DNA from: a virus
Lineage: Duplodnaviria > Caudoviricetes
DNA length: 64,000 bases
IMG/VR virus record: IMGVR_UViG_3300031088_000758
Direction: 5' to 3' (one strand)
Positions 48,883-59,270 of this stretch are shown here, in pieces. The notes beneath the pieces were generated by a model. It had not been told where the DNA came from. It worked only from the letters and a program-made list of their open reading frames with translations, and ran no database searches. The stretch's first letter is position 1, and every line of letters starts with the position of its first letter. The position numbers were made by a program, and so were the translations under genes.

Positions 48883-51800
48883 TCATTCATCATCTAAACT
48901 GTTCGGGTTGAAGACTCCGAAATCATAAGCACCATAACCAACATATTTTTCAATTGCTTGCTCAACTTTTTGGTTTTTGTCGGTACTGTATCCTGAGTTT
49001 TCATATACGAGATTTTCTATTGCATCAATAATATCTTCTTTTGAAGGTTTAATACTATATGCTCTTTCAATTTGAGGAGGCCATACATGTTCAACACCTT
49101 CACCATCAAGTTTAGTCATGTCATACGCTGTTTCATAGAGGATCTTATCATCTACAAATAATTCATCTTCAGAGTATGATGCTGTGTAAACAGGATAATC
49201 ACCAGGAAGTTTTTTCTCTAGATTGTAAGGTAAAGCTTTTTTCAATTTAGCCATTTTTTCTTGGTTATTATCAGTATTTTTAAATCTTATCCTTACAGGC
49301 ATTGTTCCATTATCCGCTAGTTGAAGAGGTTTCATATAGTTAACTCTTGCCCTATATGGTGAATCTTCTTTTCCAGGACGATATGTGATATCCATTATAT
49401 ATAGATTATATTTTTCAATATCTTTAACAATTTTTACATCCGGGTTAGTAGCCTTGTCTAATACTTCAGATTTTATATCAGATTTGCCTTTTTCATAAGC
49501 TACACGAATTTGATTCTGAGCATTGTACTTATCAATTCCATCAACAATTTGTTTGCTTACATCTACATTCATGAATCCACTTCCATCATCTAAGTCAAGA
49601 AGAATAGATTTAGAGCCGCGTCTACTTCGCTTGATTTCCATACCAAGGACAGAAGCAATAATTGTAGTTCGTATAGGCTTAGGTGATTTCGAAGCCAATA
49701 ATTTAGCTATGTTTTGTGAATAATCCTTGGACATAGCATTGCCGATTTTATCAGTAGGGTGTGCTGTAAGATACAAACCTACCATTTCTGCTTCACTCTT
49801 CAATCGTGTGAGGAATGGATAATCTTCACCTGTTAATTCTATTTCTAGAGAATCGTCTTCCATCTCGAACATGTCAAACAATGATTCACCTTTTTTAGCT
49901 TTTGTTTTACTAGTATCCATAAGATGGACAATATTTTCAAAAGTCTTCTTTCGGCTTACACCAAGACTGTCAAAAGCCCCTGAAAGAGCAAGGTTTTCAT
50001 AAACCGTTCTCTTGTCAACACCTAAAGGAAAACATCTATCAATAAGATCTTTTACAGAAGTGTATAGTCCATTTTTTTCGCGCTCTTGGACAATTAGTTC
50101 AGCCATTTTAGCAGAAACAGATTTCACCCCAGAGAGTCCAAAAATAATGTCATAAGAATCTTCGTCTTTTTTCGCATAGTTAGGTGCCACTCTGACTTCT
50201 GAAAGATTTATGTCAGTAGAACCAACTTTTATCCCCATACGATTAGCATCACGTAAATAAAGCAGAGTCTTATCTTTATTGTCTACGTGTTGAGCAATTA
50301 AAGCTGCCATGAATTCCACAGGATAGTGAACTTTTAGATATGCGCTTTGATAACTGTTCATAGCGTAAGCAACAGCATGAGAATTATGAGAAACAATTCC
50401 ATTAGCAATAAAGTTTGCTGGACCAGTGGTGTCCATTTCAATATCATATGTCATTTCACGAAGAATTGAGCCATTGTTAAGAATTTTTGGTTCAATAATT
50501 TCAACAATTTCGTCTCCGTTCTCAATATGGTGAGACATCAGAGCATTATCTATTTCATCACCAAAGTTGCTAGGAGTCAGATAAACAAAAGGAATCTCAT
50601 TGCCATATTTTTCTTTAACAAAATATTCTCTTCCTCTTCTTAAGCCATCCATTTCAAAATAAAGACCATTAGCGTAAAAATCGGTAATTTTTGCTGTGCC
50701 ATGAACAGAAGTGAAAACTTTATGCATTTCAAAATCTATTCCTCTGCTTAGTAAATATTCAGCAGCAGCTGCTTCAGCAATAGAATCAGCTACTCTTCCA
50801 TCAGAAAGAACAGTGGGAATTCCATAACCTTTTCTTGATGCAGCAGATTCTTCAAACCATTTTTGCGAATTTTCAAGAATTTGTTTTTGCCATTCAAGAT
50901 CATTCTTTCTTAAATGACTTAATCTTTCTTGCATTGCTTTGAGGGGCTTCAAAGAACGTTGTGGATTGCTCAATTGAATTTGCTTTTGATGCGCAGATCT
51001 ATCAGCAAAAGAGAGTGTTTCTTGATAAGCAATCATCCGTTCTCTTGCTTTTTCACGCTGTTCATCAGTTTTGTTAACTTTTGACATGGTTTTTTGTCGA
51101 GTAAGTCTTGTTTCATCAGAAATTCGTTTTGTCCATTCGCCATCAATAATAAGTTCTTTTCCAACTGTCAATATACCATCATCAATAGAACCATAACCAT
51201 CAGTAGTAAGAAGCCTATGTTCTTTTGTCAATCGAATGATGCGCCCACTCTTGGTTTTAACCTTGTATAGTGGTTTAACACCTGTCTGAACAATATTGCT
51301 TATCTTGTGTGGTCGAATTTCGCCATCTTCAAACATAGAGAGGATTTCTATATCTTTCTCTCCATTTGCAAATCTTTCGTAAAGGTTCTCTATAGAGATT
51401 TTTCCTTGACCATTAGGCAATGAAACAAGAGTGCGTCCATAGAGACATTTGTTGAATCCATACTTGGCGAAGGGCTCCAAAGTTTCCCATAACACAGTGA
51501 TAGCCTCTTCTGAGAAGCCATTTTTCATAGCACCTTCATAAAACTTAGGACGCATAGCATCCATAACTTTTTTCTTCTTTTTACCCATGGCACGACGCAA
51601 ATCATCACCCTCTTGAAGCGTCATCCCGGCTATTTTGTTAGATATCTGCTGAACCTGTTCCTGATAAATTACTAAACCTTGAGTTTTTTCAAGAATCTCT
51701 TCCATAACAGTTCCCTTGAATTCAGGGTGGATATAGTCAATTTCTTCACGGCCATTTTTACGATCAGCATACTTTGTGTGGGATTGTAATCCCATAGGGC

Positions 51801-52599
51801 CAGGGCGAGCAACAGAAGTAATTGCGGGAAGGTCAGCAAATTCCGTAGGCTTAGTAAGATGCAGCAATTGCTGAACCATTTCAGAACCAAACTGAAAAAT
51901 ACCAATAGTGTTTCCCTGTTGGAAAAGTTTATAAACTTCGGGATCATCCATTGGGCCATGAATCAAATCAATCATATTAGGAGGTGTTTTACCCATTTTA
52001 GCAATATTTTGAACACTATTTTGGACTAAATCAACAGTATCTAAACCTAAGAAGTCCATTTTTAACAGACCTAAAGCTTCACATTCAGGATATGTCCATT
52101 GCGTAATGGTTCTTTCATCAGATTGACGAACATGAAGAGGAATAGCATCGGATAAGGGAACATTACTAATTATAATTCCGCAGGCGTGCACCCCCGTTGA
52201 TTTGTTTCGCCCTTCAATTGCTCTTGCACCTTCAATAATTTTTTCCCATTCTTTGCCCGAAACAGCTTCACGGAAATCAGCACCTTCGGCATAACGATCA
52301 CTATCAGGGTTGTATATATCTTCTAAGGTGGCACTGACACCTTCAATCATAGGTGGATAAAGAGAAGTGATTTTGTTTGCTTGAGCAAAATTAACTTCAT
52401 AAATTGTGCACATTTGCTTAAAGGCAGCCTTGCCAGCTAAGGTTCCAAATGTAACGATGTTAGCTACGTTATCTCTACCATAAACATCACTTACATGCTC
52501 AATAGCTCTTTCCCTGAATTCAGTATGAAAATCGCTATCTACATCAGGCGGGCTACCACTTGAAATTACTTCAATTTTTGCAATTTTTTTACTACTCAT
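48883..52599 (-). CDS. dnaE: DNA polymerase III alpha, C-terminal half (contains cis intein)
   Basis: PDVDSDF, GVHACG, LLKMDFLGL, GIFQF, YQEQV, YGFNK|intein|SHAVAY, YLTAHP. Confidence 0.93.
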   Translation of the reverse strand: MSSKKIAKIEVISSGSPPDVDSDFHTEFRERAIEHVSDVYGRDNVANIVTFGTLAGKAAFKQMCTIYEVNFAQANKITSLYPPMIEGVSATLEDIYNPDSDRYAEGADFREAVSGKEWEKIIEGARAIEGRNKSTGVHACGIIISNVPLSDAIPLHVRQSDERTITQWTYPECEALGLLKMDFLGLDTVDLVQNSVQNIAKMGKTPPNMIDLIHGPMDDPEVYKLFQQGNTIGIFQFGSEMVQQLLHLTKPTEFADLPAITSVARPGPMGLQSHTKYADRKNGREEIDYIHPEFKGTVMEEILEKTQGLVIYQEQVQQISNKIAGMTLQEGDDLRRAMGKKKKKVMDAMRPKFYEGAMKNGFSEEAITVLWETLEPFAKYGFNKCLYGRTLVSLPNGQGKISIENLYERFANGEKDIEILSMFEDGEIRPHKISNIVQTGVKPLYKVKTKSGRIIRLTKEHRLLTTDGYGSIDDGILTVGKELIIDGEWTKRISDETRLTRQKTMSKVNKTDEQREKARERMIAYQETLSFADRSAHQKQIQLSNPQRSLKPLKAMQERLSHLRKNDLEWQKQILENSQKWFEESAASRKGYGIPTVLSDGRVADSIAEAAAAEYLLSRGIDFEMHKVFTSVHGTAKITDFYANGLYFEMDGLRRGREYFVKEKYGNEIPFVYLTPSNFGDEIDNALMSHHIENGDEIVEIIEPKILNNGSILREMTYDIEMDTTGPANFIANGIVSHNSHAVAYAMNSYQSAYLKVHYPVEFMAALIAQHVDNKDKTLLYLRDANRMGIKVGSTDINLSEVRVAPNYAKKDEDSYDIIFGLSGVKSVSAKMAELIVQEREKNGLYTSVKDLIDRCFPLGVDKRTVYENLALSGAFDSLGVSRKKTFENIVHLMDTSKTKAKKGESLFDMFEMEDDSLEIELTGEDYPFLTRLKSEAEMVGLYLTAHPTDKIGNAMSKDYSQNIAKLLASKSPKPIRTTIIASVLGMEIKRSRRGSKSILLDLDDGSGFMNVDVSKQIVDGIDKYNAQNQIRVAYEKGKSDIKSEVLDKATNPDVKIVKDIEKYNLYIMDITYRPGKEDSPYRARVNYMKPLQLADNGTMPVRIRFKNTDNNQEKMAKLKKALPYNLEKKLPGDYPVYTASYSEDELFVDDKILYETAYDMTKLDGEGVEHVWPPQIERAYSIKPSKEDIIDAIENLVYENSGYSTDKNQKVEQAIEKYVGYGAYDFGVFNPNSLDDE
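50383..51447 (-). mobile_element. cis intein (355 aa, class 1) in DnaE with internal non-LAGLIDADG endonuclease-like domain
   Basis: K|CLYGRTLV, block B LTKEHRLLT, TYDIEM..NFIANGIVSHN|S. Confidence 0.92.
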
Positions 52600-52652
52600 T
52601 TTTCTCCTACCACCATTAATAAATCATATACACCACTACTTTTCCTATGATT

Positions 52653-54317
52653 CTATCTTAACAACTTTTTCCAAATTATTCTTCCCGGATCATAAATTTT
52701 ATCTACATCATCTTTACATTGGAGTGGTAGAACACTTTCTTGATTGCTTATATCGTTCTCTAGAACAACTTGATCAGGCATCATTCGTTTTTTGTTCTTT
52801 ACTAACCAATACCCAACTGACAAAGTTTCATGCTCAATGAAACCAGTATTATTCAGCAGCTCTTTATCTACACTTCCATTTTCAAGTACATAATGTATTT
52901 CAGACGGATTAAATTTTTCTGTTATATGCGAAATAAAAAAATTAAATATTGCAAAAGCATCATTTGTGTAGTATTTAGCAGAATTGATGACTAATTTAGT
53001 TTCCGAAAAAACGAAATTAAAAGATGCTTCTACTTTTTCAATCTTATCCGTTATCGTAATCAACTCGGCTATTCTTTCGATACCGCTATCTTCGGTTGTA
53101 GATTCGGGGTGTGTTTTAATCTTTAAAATTTGATTATTTTTTAGTTTGTTTTTATGGTTTTGATTTGGTATGAAGTCTGAGATTAAAATTGTTTTTAGCA
53201 TATGTTGAACATGTTCTCTGCTATAATCCCACTCATCTTCCCATATATTAATAAGTTTTATGTTTTTGCTAAGACAGATTTGGCTTTTATTTTTGTGATA
53301 TTCTTTTGATTTTAATCTATTATGAGAATGCCAGTATAAACCATTAAATTCAAGTGCAATATTCTTTTCAGGAATATAAATATCAAGTTCATAAGGCGAA
53401 ATTATTTGTCTAGTATTTACTTTAATTTTTCCTGAATAAATTGATCTAATGTATCGCAAAAGATCCTTTTCTTTAGCAGAGAAAGGTTGAAACTTAGAAC
53501 AAATTATGCAGTCTGTTGAGGAGAGAACTCTGTTTCTTATTGAAGATTTATAAGAGTGCCCTTTATCGCATTTCCACCAAACTTTCAACTTTGATGAATG
53601 AGTATATTCATTTGGAGATTTTTTGTTTTTTGAAAAATCCCAAAATTTAATCATTTCGGGTCTAACATATTCTAAATCGTTAAATCCTTCTAAAACTTTA
53701 ATGTTTGCACAATATGGACAACCTTTGCCTGTTGTTCTATTATGAATTGCTGTTTTCCATTCATGGCTATTTTCGCAATTCCACCAGATAGACTTATTAG
53801 AACCAGCTTTCACTTCGTATGGCTGAATAGTGTTCTTCAAACTCCATTGACATACTATGTGTGGATGTGTAGTCATTAAATCGTTTTCGCCACGAATAGC
53901 ATATCTTCCCGAACAATACGGGCAACCTATATTTCGATCAATTTTATAAGCTAAGTTAGCTTCATATGAATGATTCTTTTCGCATATCCACCAGTATTTC
54001 TTATTGCTTCTATAATATATAGATTCAGGTGATAAAGTATTCTTAGTTGTGTCAAATTGTTTCGCAATTGCTGGTTTTTGACTTAAAAGATCATTATATC
54101 CTTGAAGAACTTTTTTGTTAGCACAATAAGGGCAATCACTTCCGGCTTTGGATGTGCGATTTGCCATTGTTGCTTGCCATTCATGGTTATTTTCGCAAAT
54201 CCACCAAACTTTTTTATGGCTTTTCAATGATACAGTTTTTGGATCAATCTCAGTATTTTTGACATAGTTCCATTGTTGAATTAATTCTTTATATTCCACA
54301 ATGGTTTTTGTTGTCAT
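52653..54317 (-). CDS. Zn-ribbon repeat + Vsr-like endonuclease between the dnaE halves
   Basis: four WW.C..H..C..C repeats; ELDIYIP..LEFNGLYWH..IWEDEW. Confidence 0.82.
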   Translation of the reverse strand: MTTKTIVEYKELIQQWNYVKNTEIDPKTVSLKSHKKVWWICENNHEWQATMANRTSKAGSDCPYCANKKVLQGYNDLLSQKPAIAKQFDTTKNTLSPESIYYRSNKKYWWICEKNHSYEANLAYKIDRNIGCPYCSGRYAIRGENDLMTTHPHIVCQWSLKNTIQPYEVKAGSNKSIWWNCENSHEWKTAIHNRTTGKGCPYCANIKVLEGFNDLEYVRPEMIKFWDFSKNKKSPNEYTHSSKLKVWWKCDKGHSYKSSIRNRVLSSTDCIICSKFQPFSAKEKDLLRYIRSIYSGKIKVNTRQIISPYELDIYIPEKNIALEFNGLYWHSHNRLKSKEYHKNKSQICLSKNIKLINIWEDEWDYSREHVQHMLKTILISDFIPNQNHKNKLKNNQILKIKTHPESTTEDSGIERIAELITITDKIEKVEASFNFVFSETKLVINSAKYYTNDAFAIFNFFISHITEKFNPSEIHYVLENGSVDKELLNNTGFIEHETLSVGYWLVKNKKRMMPDQVVLENDISNQESVLPLQCKDDVDKIYDPGRIIWKKLLR

Positions 54318-54391
54318 ACTTAATACTTCTCCTTCAAGTCATTGATTAAACTATATCTTTGTTGTAGCCTTTTTAAGAGATTTAATAAAAA

Positions 54392-54444
54392 CCCGGCAAA
54401 ACCAAGACAGTAAAACAACTGTGGTAGATCTTGGTTTTGCCGGG
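54392..54444 (-). terminator. terminator after dnaX
   Basis: 16-bp perfect IR followed by T-run on minus strand. Confidence 0.7.
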
Positions 54445-54449
54445 AAGTT

Positions 54450-55538
54450 TCATTCGCCTCTGGAATCAGCTAGTTTTTTCAGTTTCTTTAACTTAGTGAT
54501 TGATTTGACTAAAGCAATTTCAAAATGAATTCTTGAATCAGCACCTAACGTCATATGTGTAAGTGCTTCTCCTACCTCTTCTAATACCAGAGTAGTCCCA
54601 GAACGCCCTACAAAGCCTTTGGCAAGACTTTTAACGTCTTCTACGGGGAAAGACTGGACAAGGCTCTTATCGGCCCCTGAGACGAGCAGTAAGAGGTCTC
54701 GCAAATCCGAGAACATTTGTTCTGCTAAGTCTCTGCCTTCAAAGCCATTGGCAACAGCATCAGAAACAGTTTTTAGAGCAGCTGACAAATCGTGGTTGGA
54801 TAAGTTGACTAACAAATCAGCACTATAAAGTTCTTCAACTTCATCATCAGTAGACAAGATTGCTTCAAAACTACTTAAAGTATCTCTTACAGAACCACGG
54901 CCACGTCTAATAGCATCATTAATTTGCGAATCTGTTGCATTAAAGTTTTCTTTATCGTTTATCTTTTCCAAAAGAGCTAACATTGTTTCAGCATCAATAA
55001 GGTTGAATTTACGAGTTTGCACACGAGATAAGATTGTATCAGGTATCTTTTCTACTTCTGTGGAACATAGTATGAATAATACGTTTGGGTTTCTTTCTTC
55101 AAGCGGAATAAGAAGAGCATCAAAAGCTTGTTTTGAAAGATTGTGAACTTCGTCAAGAATCCATATTTGTTTTTCTACAGGTTGGTGTAGTTTAGACTGG
55201 TTAACTAATTTTCGAACATCATCAACAGAACCATTGTTTGCCATTGAAATGTAATTAACGCCAACCTGAGAACCATGATCTATGTTATAGCAAACTTCAC
55301 AGTTATTACACGGATTTCCGCTGTTTGAGGCGTTAAGGCAGTTTAATGATTTAGCTGTTAGAAATGCTGAACTGGTTTTACCAGAACCTCTAATTCCTAC
55401 AAAAAGATAAGCTGTGGGAATCTTTTTTTTCACAATTGCTGCTCTTAAAGAACGTGCTGTTTTTTCTTGCCCAACTAAATCATCCCAAGTAGAAGGTTTA
55501 TACTTCTTGTATAATTCGATATGAGTCTCGTCGTTCAT
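54450..55538 (-). CDS. dnaX: DNA polymerase III gamma/tau (clamp loader), gamma-length
   Basis: LYKKYKP..DLVGQ, GIRGSGKTS, C..PCNNC..C, ILDEVHNLS, TILSRVQ. Confidence 0.93.
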   Translation of the reverse strand: MNDETHIELYKKYKPSTWDDLVGQEKTARSLRAAIVKKKIPTAYLFVGIRGSGKTSSAFLTAKSLNCLNASNSGNPCNNCEVCYNIDHGSQVGVNYISMANNGSVDDVRKLVNQSKLHQPVEKQIWILDEVHNLSKQAFDALLIPLEERNPNVLFILCSTEVEKIPDTILSRVQTRKFNLIDAETMLALLEKINDKENFNATDSQINDAIRRGRGSVRDTLSSFEAILSTDDEVEELYSADLLVNLSNHDLSAALKTVSDAVANGFEGRDLAEQMFSDLRDLLLLVSGADKSLVQSFPVEDVKSLAKGFVGRSGTTLVLEEVGEALTHMTLGADSRIHFEIALVKSITKLKKLKKLADSRGE

Positions 55539-55606
55539 TTTTCTCCTCAATAATTTTTTAGAACACTTACTAAGTTTATCAATTAATGGTCATAAAATTA
55601 TGCTTA

Positions 55607-57094
55607 TCATTCAAAATCTTCTTCAGTGTTCATTTCTTCAATTTCATCTCCAATTTTGAGTTGATGAATATATTTGTTAGTTCTTTCACCATTTGTCTCA
55701 ACAACACTCTTTTCTTCGCTAACAACAATCTCTTCTACGCTACCATCATCATACGTTAAACGATAAGTTGCACCTCTACCTTTACCTAAGAATCTTTCAA
55801 AAATAAGATCATGTTCAATAGGACAAACTTCTGAAATACCTAACATGTAAGCATGAATACTACCGGCCACACTTCCACGTCCCGGTCCTATAGAAGAGGC
55901 TAACACATCATTGTCTTCTGAATATACGGAATATTTTTCCTTAGTCCAATTCAAATAATTTCTAACCACTAACATGTAGTCAATAAAGTTCGAAGAGTGA
56001 AGAACTTCATATTCTATTTTACTTCTTTTAATAGCTTCTTTTCTTATCTCAATAGGTTTGTCCCCATATCGTTCTTTCATTCCAATCTTCAGCAAGTATT
56101 TGTAGTAATCAGTTGAATCTTTAAATCCATCTGGAAGTACAGGTCTTGCCATGAGGTTAGGATTATAATCTAATGAAATATCCGAAGCCATTTCGGTGAT
56201 CAACAATGAATTTGACAGAGCACCTGGAAAATCTCGTTCGGGGAATATATGTTCCATCTCTTGAAAAGATTTAAGGTAATACTGGTTGCCATTGAACGAG
56301 AACCTATTTCCGCCTTCATCATATGTTTTGTCAGACATGCGTGAACCTGATTGAGCACAAAGCATTTCTTCATGCGAGATACTGTTCTCGGAAAAAGCAT
56401 AATGTGAATCATTAGTTGCAAGCAAAGGAAGCCCCATGTCTTTTGCTAACTTTAATTGCTTAGGAAGAAGATCACGCTCTAAGCTAATTGACATATTATG
56501 ATCCATAATTTCTAAGAACAATCTATCTTGAAAAACTTCTTTTAATCTTCCAGCATACTCATAAGCTTTGTCATCTTGTCCTAGCAAAAATCTTGTACTT
56601 ATTTCAGAAGATGGACAACCAGTAGAAATAATCAACCCATCTGAATGATCCGCTAAAAGATCGAAATCAATACGAGGTTTCTTGTATACTCTTGATGGAT
56701 CATTAGACAAAGTTGAGAGCCTGAAAAGATTATGTAAACCTTGGTTATTATAAGCCCACATGGTTAAATGAAGAAATGCTCCGCTACCAGAAACATCATT
56801 TCTTGATTTTGTTCCCTCAGGTGCATAAAATACTTGACTTTTTCTTTTTGCCCCATCAGGGTTAACAGGAGCCATATAAGCTTCCATTCCGGGAACTGCT
56901 GTAACTCCATATTCTTTTGATTTATTAATCAGATCGAAAATTCCATGTAAAGTTCCATGATCAGTCATACCAATTCCTCTTTGACCGATTTCTACTGCCC
57001 GTGATAAATACTCATCATTAGTAGAGTACCCATCTAAAAGAGAACCATGGTGGCTGTGATTATGGAGATTAACAAAACCGTCTTTATTTGCCAT
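55607..57094 (-). CDS. dnaE: DNA polymerase III alpha, N-terminal half (PHP + palm start) with HINT-like C-terminal tail
   Basis: NLHNHS..SLLDG, TDHG, ATNDSHY, GPGRGSVAGS, LIFERFL then 55-aa non-DnaE tail. Confidence 0.93.
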   Translation of the reverse strand: MANKDGFVNLHNHSHHGSLLDGYSTNDEYLSRAVEIGQRGIGMTDHGTLHGIFDLINKSKEYGVTAVPGMEAYMAPVNPDGAKRKSQVFYAPEGTKSRNDVSGSGAFLHLTMWAYNNQGLHNLFRLSTLSNDPSRVYKKPRIDFDLLADHSDGLIISTGCPSSEISTRFLLGQDDKAYEYAGRLKEVFQDRLFLEIMDHNMSISLERDLLPKQLKLAKDMGLPLLATNDSHYAFSENSISHEEMLCAQSGSRMSDKTYDEGGNRFSFNGNQYYLKSFQEMEHIFPERDFPGALSNSLLITEMASDISLDYNPNLMARPVLPDGFKDSTDYYKYLLKIGMKERYGDKPIEIRKEAIKRSKIEYEVLHSSNFIDYMLVVRNYLNWTKEKYSVYSEDNDVLASSIGPGRGSVAGSIHAYMLGISEVCPIEHDLIFERFLGKGRGATYRLTYDDGSVEEIVVSEEKSVVETNGERTNKYIHQLKIGDEIEEMNTEEDFE

Positions 57095-57167
57095 ACTATA
57101 TTACCCATCCTTAAAACTAACAACTTTGATAAATACATCTTAACACATCAAATAGATAAAAGCATTT

Positions 57168-58421
57168 TCAAACTGTTTTATTCTTACCTCTTCTTTTGAC
57201 AAATTTAGTACTATCTTTATCCAAATCCTCTTCAACTTTTCCAATCCTAGAAATAGCAATTCTTTGCTTTTGTTTAATCGGTTGAGTATACAAACTCATT
57301 TCAGCATCAATCATAGTAATTATGTCATCTGGGTCTTTAAGGTCAATTTTATGAAGATTTTTTTGAGCAATGTGTTTTTGACGATTTGATATCTTCTTCG
57401 GATTTGTGGGCGAAGAATCTCTTGTAGAATTACTTATGCTTTCCTCCAGAAGAGACTTTGAAGGGATTATGCCTACGGGTATTGGCTTCTTGCTATCAGG
57501 AACTTTTACACCAATAACTCTTGGCGAATTACCATTATTATTATTAAGGTCAAGCAGAATTAAATTAATATTAGCGTTTCTGCTTTTCCAAATAGGAAGT
57601 TTAGTGAAAACAAGATTTAATAACCAAGGATTCACATTGTTGTCTTTATAGCCCAACATCACGTTTTTCTTAGTTTCAATACTAGTAAATGATTCATCCA
57701 TGTACACAGGATAAAGAATATAACATTTTTCATCCCATACTAGTACCGTTCCAGAGTCTTCATTTTCGGATTTTAAAGAAGTAGCAGACCATCCATTGTT
57801 TTCAAAAGTTTCAATAATTTTTTTGTCAAGTTCTGATGTAAGTATGTTAGTGGGCATTTCGCTGACTAGATACTTATTTTTGTTTCCTGTCTTATAAAGA
57901 AAAACAAAACTTAGGATAGATACAATAGAGCCGAAAAGTGCTGACAGAGATATATTTAAACCACCTATCCCTAAAGCATAAGTTATGATAAACCCAAGGA
58001 CAGTAGAGACACCAATGATTGGCCATCTACTTTTTGAACTTGTCACCATATAACTAACAGCTAAAACAGAGAAGAAGGAGAAGAAGATACTAGACATCCA
58101 TACTAATCCTCCAGTGCCAGTACTGTCAGCAAAACTACCTATTTGAAAAGCTGTAGTGCTCATAAAAAGATTTAGTAAAGAAACTACTGCAATTTTAATG
58201 AAAACTCTAGCATTCATATACAAAAAAATCACTAAAAAGACAGCAGCTATACCTGCTATAAGAACCCACCAGTTTTCTCTATTTTCTACAATAGACAACC
58301 CAGAAACAACAATCACAGCTATACTAAATATAGTAAAAAGCCTACCATTGTCTTTAATCGTCTCAGTAAACGGTGATAAAAAACTTCTATTTTGTCCTAT
58401 ACTCATCTTGGCACCTGTCAT
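57168..58421 (-). CDS. multi-pass membrane protein
   Basis: about six hydrophobic segments followed by soluble domain. Confidence 0.75.
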   Translation of the reverse strand: MTGAKMSIGQNRSFLSPFTETIKDNGRLFTIFSIAVIVVSGLSIVENRENWWVLIAGIAAVFLVIFLYMNARVFIKIAVVSLLNLFMSTTAFQIGSFADSTGTGGLVWMSSIFFSFFSVLAVSYMVTSSKSRWPIIGVSTVLGFIITYALGIGGLNISLSALFGSIVSILSFVFLYKTGNKNKYLVSEMPTNILTSELDKKIIETFENNGWSATSLKSENEDSGTVLVWDEKCYILYPVYMDESFTSIETKKNVMLGYKDNNVNPWLLNLVFTKLPIWKSRNANINLILLDLNNNNGNSPRVIGVKVPDSKKPIPVGIIPSKSLLEESISNSTRDSSPTNPKKISNRQKHIAQKNLHKIDLKDPDDIITMIDAEMSLYTQPIKQKQRIAISRIGKVEEDLDKDSTKFVKRRGKNKTV

Positions 58422-58502
58422 TAACGCTTGTAATAATTACTATATAAGTTTAACATAATCAAAAGTTTATGAATTGATTAAAAGTTGTTGATTGTATGTT
58501 TT

Positions 58503-59207
58503 TCAAGATTTAAGATGATAAACGAAAGAATCCGTATCACCAATGTATGACTCAACAAAATCATAATCTTGAGGTGCCGAAGTTTTATTTATCCATATAG
58601 AATTTTTTCCACGTACAATTTCTTGTAGAATCATTTCGTTCAAAGGGCCTGTTTGCAGAGAAGTTCCGGCAACTATCAACAAATCTGAAAACCTTATCAT
58701 GTTTCTAGCAGTAGAAGAATGCTGAATACCTTCAAAAAACAAAGAGACATCAGGTTTCAGTGGTTCCTTACATCTGGGACATGTTGGTGTTTTTTCTCTT
58801 TTAAAAAACTTAGAAGCAAAAATAACTTGCTCTGCAACGCAAATCAAAATTGAAGAATTTCCGTGGATTTCTAATACCTGAGCACTTCCGGCTTTAGAAT
58901 GAAGCATATCTGTGTTTTGCGTTACAATATTAACATTTTTAGTGAATTCCAATTCTTTAACCCATTTATGAAAAACTGTGGGCATCGCATTTTCAACTGG
59001 TTTTTGTAATTCTCTATAAATTTGCCAAAATCTTGTTGGATTTTGTTTAAAGAAAGGATATGACATTACACTATATCTGTCTTCCTCATATTTCCAATCT
59101 TTATCTATTGTTTGAAAAGTAGGGATTCCAGCTGATACGGATATTCCAGCACCAGTTACTACAGATATACTGCTAGAATTATTTAACAAATTTGTAATGT
59201 TGTTCAT
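58503..59207 (-). CDS. Sir2/CobB-family NAD-dependent deacylase
   Basis: TGAGISVSAGIPTF, TQNTD.LH..AG, EIHG, KPDV, GTSL. Confidence 0.92.
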   Translation of the reverse strand: MNNITNLLNNSSSISVVTGAGISVSAGIPTFQTIDKDWKYEEDRYSVMSYPFFKQNPTRFWQIYRELQKPVENAMPTVFHKWVKELEFTKNVNIVTQNTDMLHSKAGSAQVLEIHGNSSILICVAEQVIFASKFFKREKTPTCPRCKEPLKPDVSLFFEGIQHSSTARNMIRFSDLLIVAGTSLQTGPLNEMILQEIVRGKNSIWINKTSAPQDYDFVESYIGDTDSFVYHLKS

Positions 59208-59270
59208 AGTATTGCAATCCCTTTCGCAATAAATTTAATTGATAGTCAAAACTGATGAATTAAATAAAGA

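Noticed and set aside
52600-55606. Group I/II intron joining the dnaE halves
   Set aside because: The interval holds a complete dnaX, a terminator and an endonuclease gene, with no room or motifs for a ribozyme core. The C-half has its own RBS and start.
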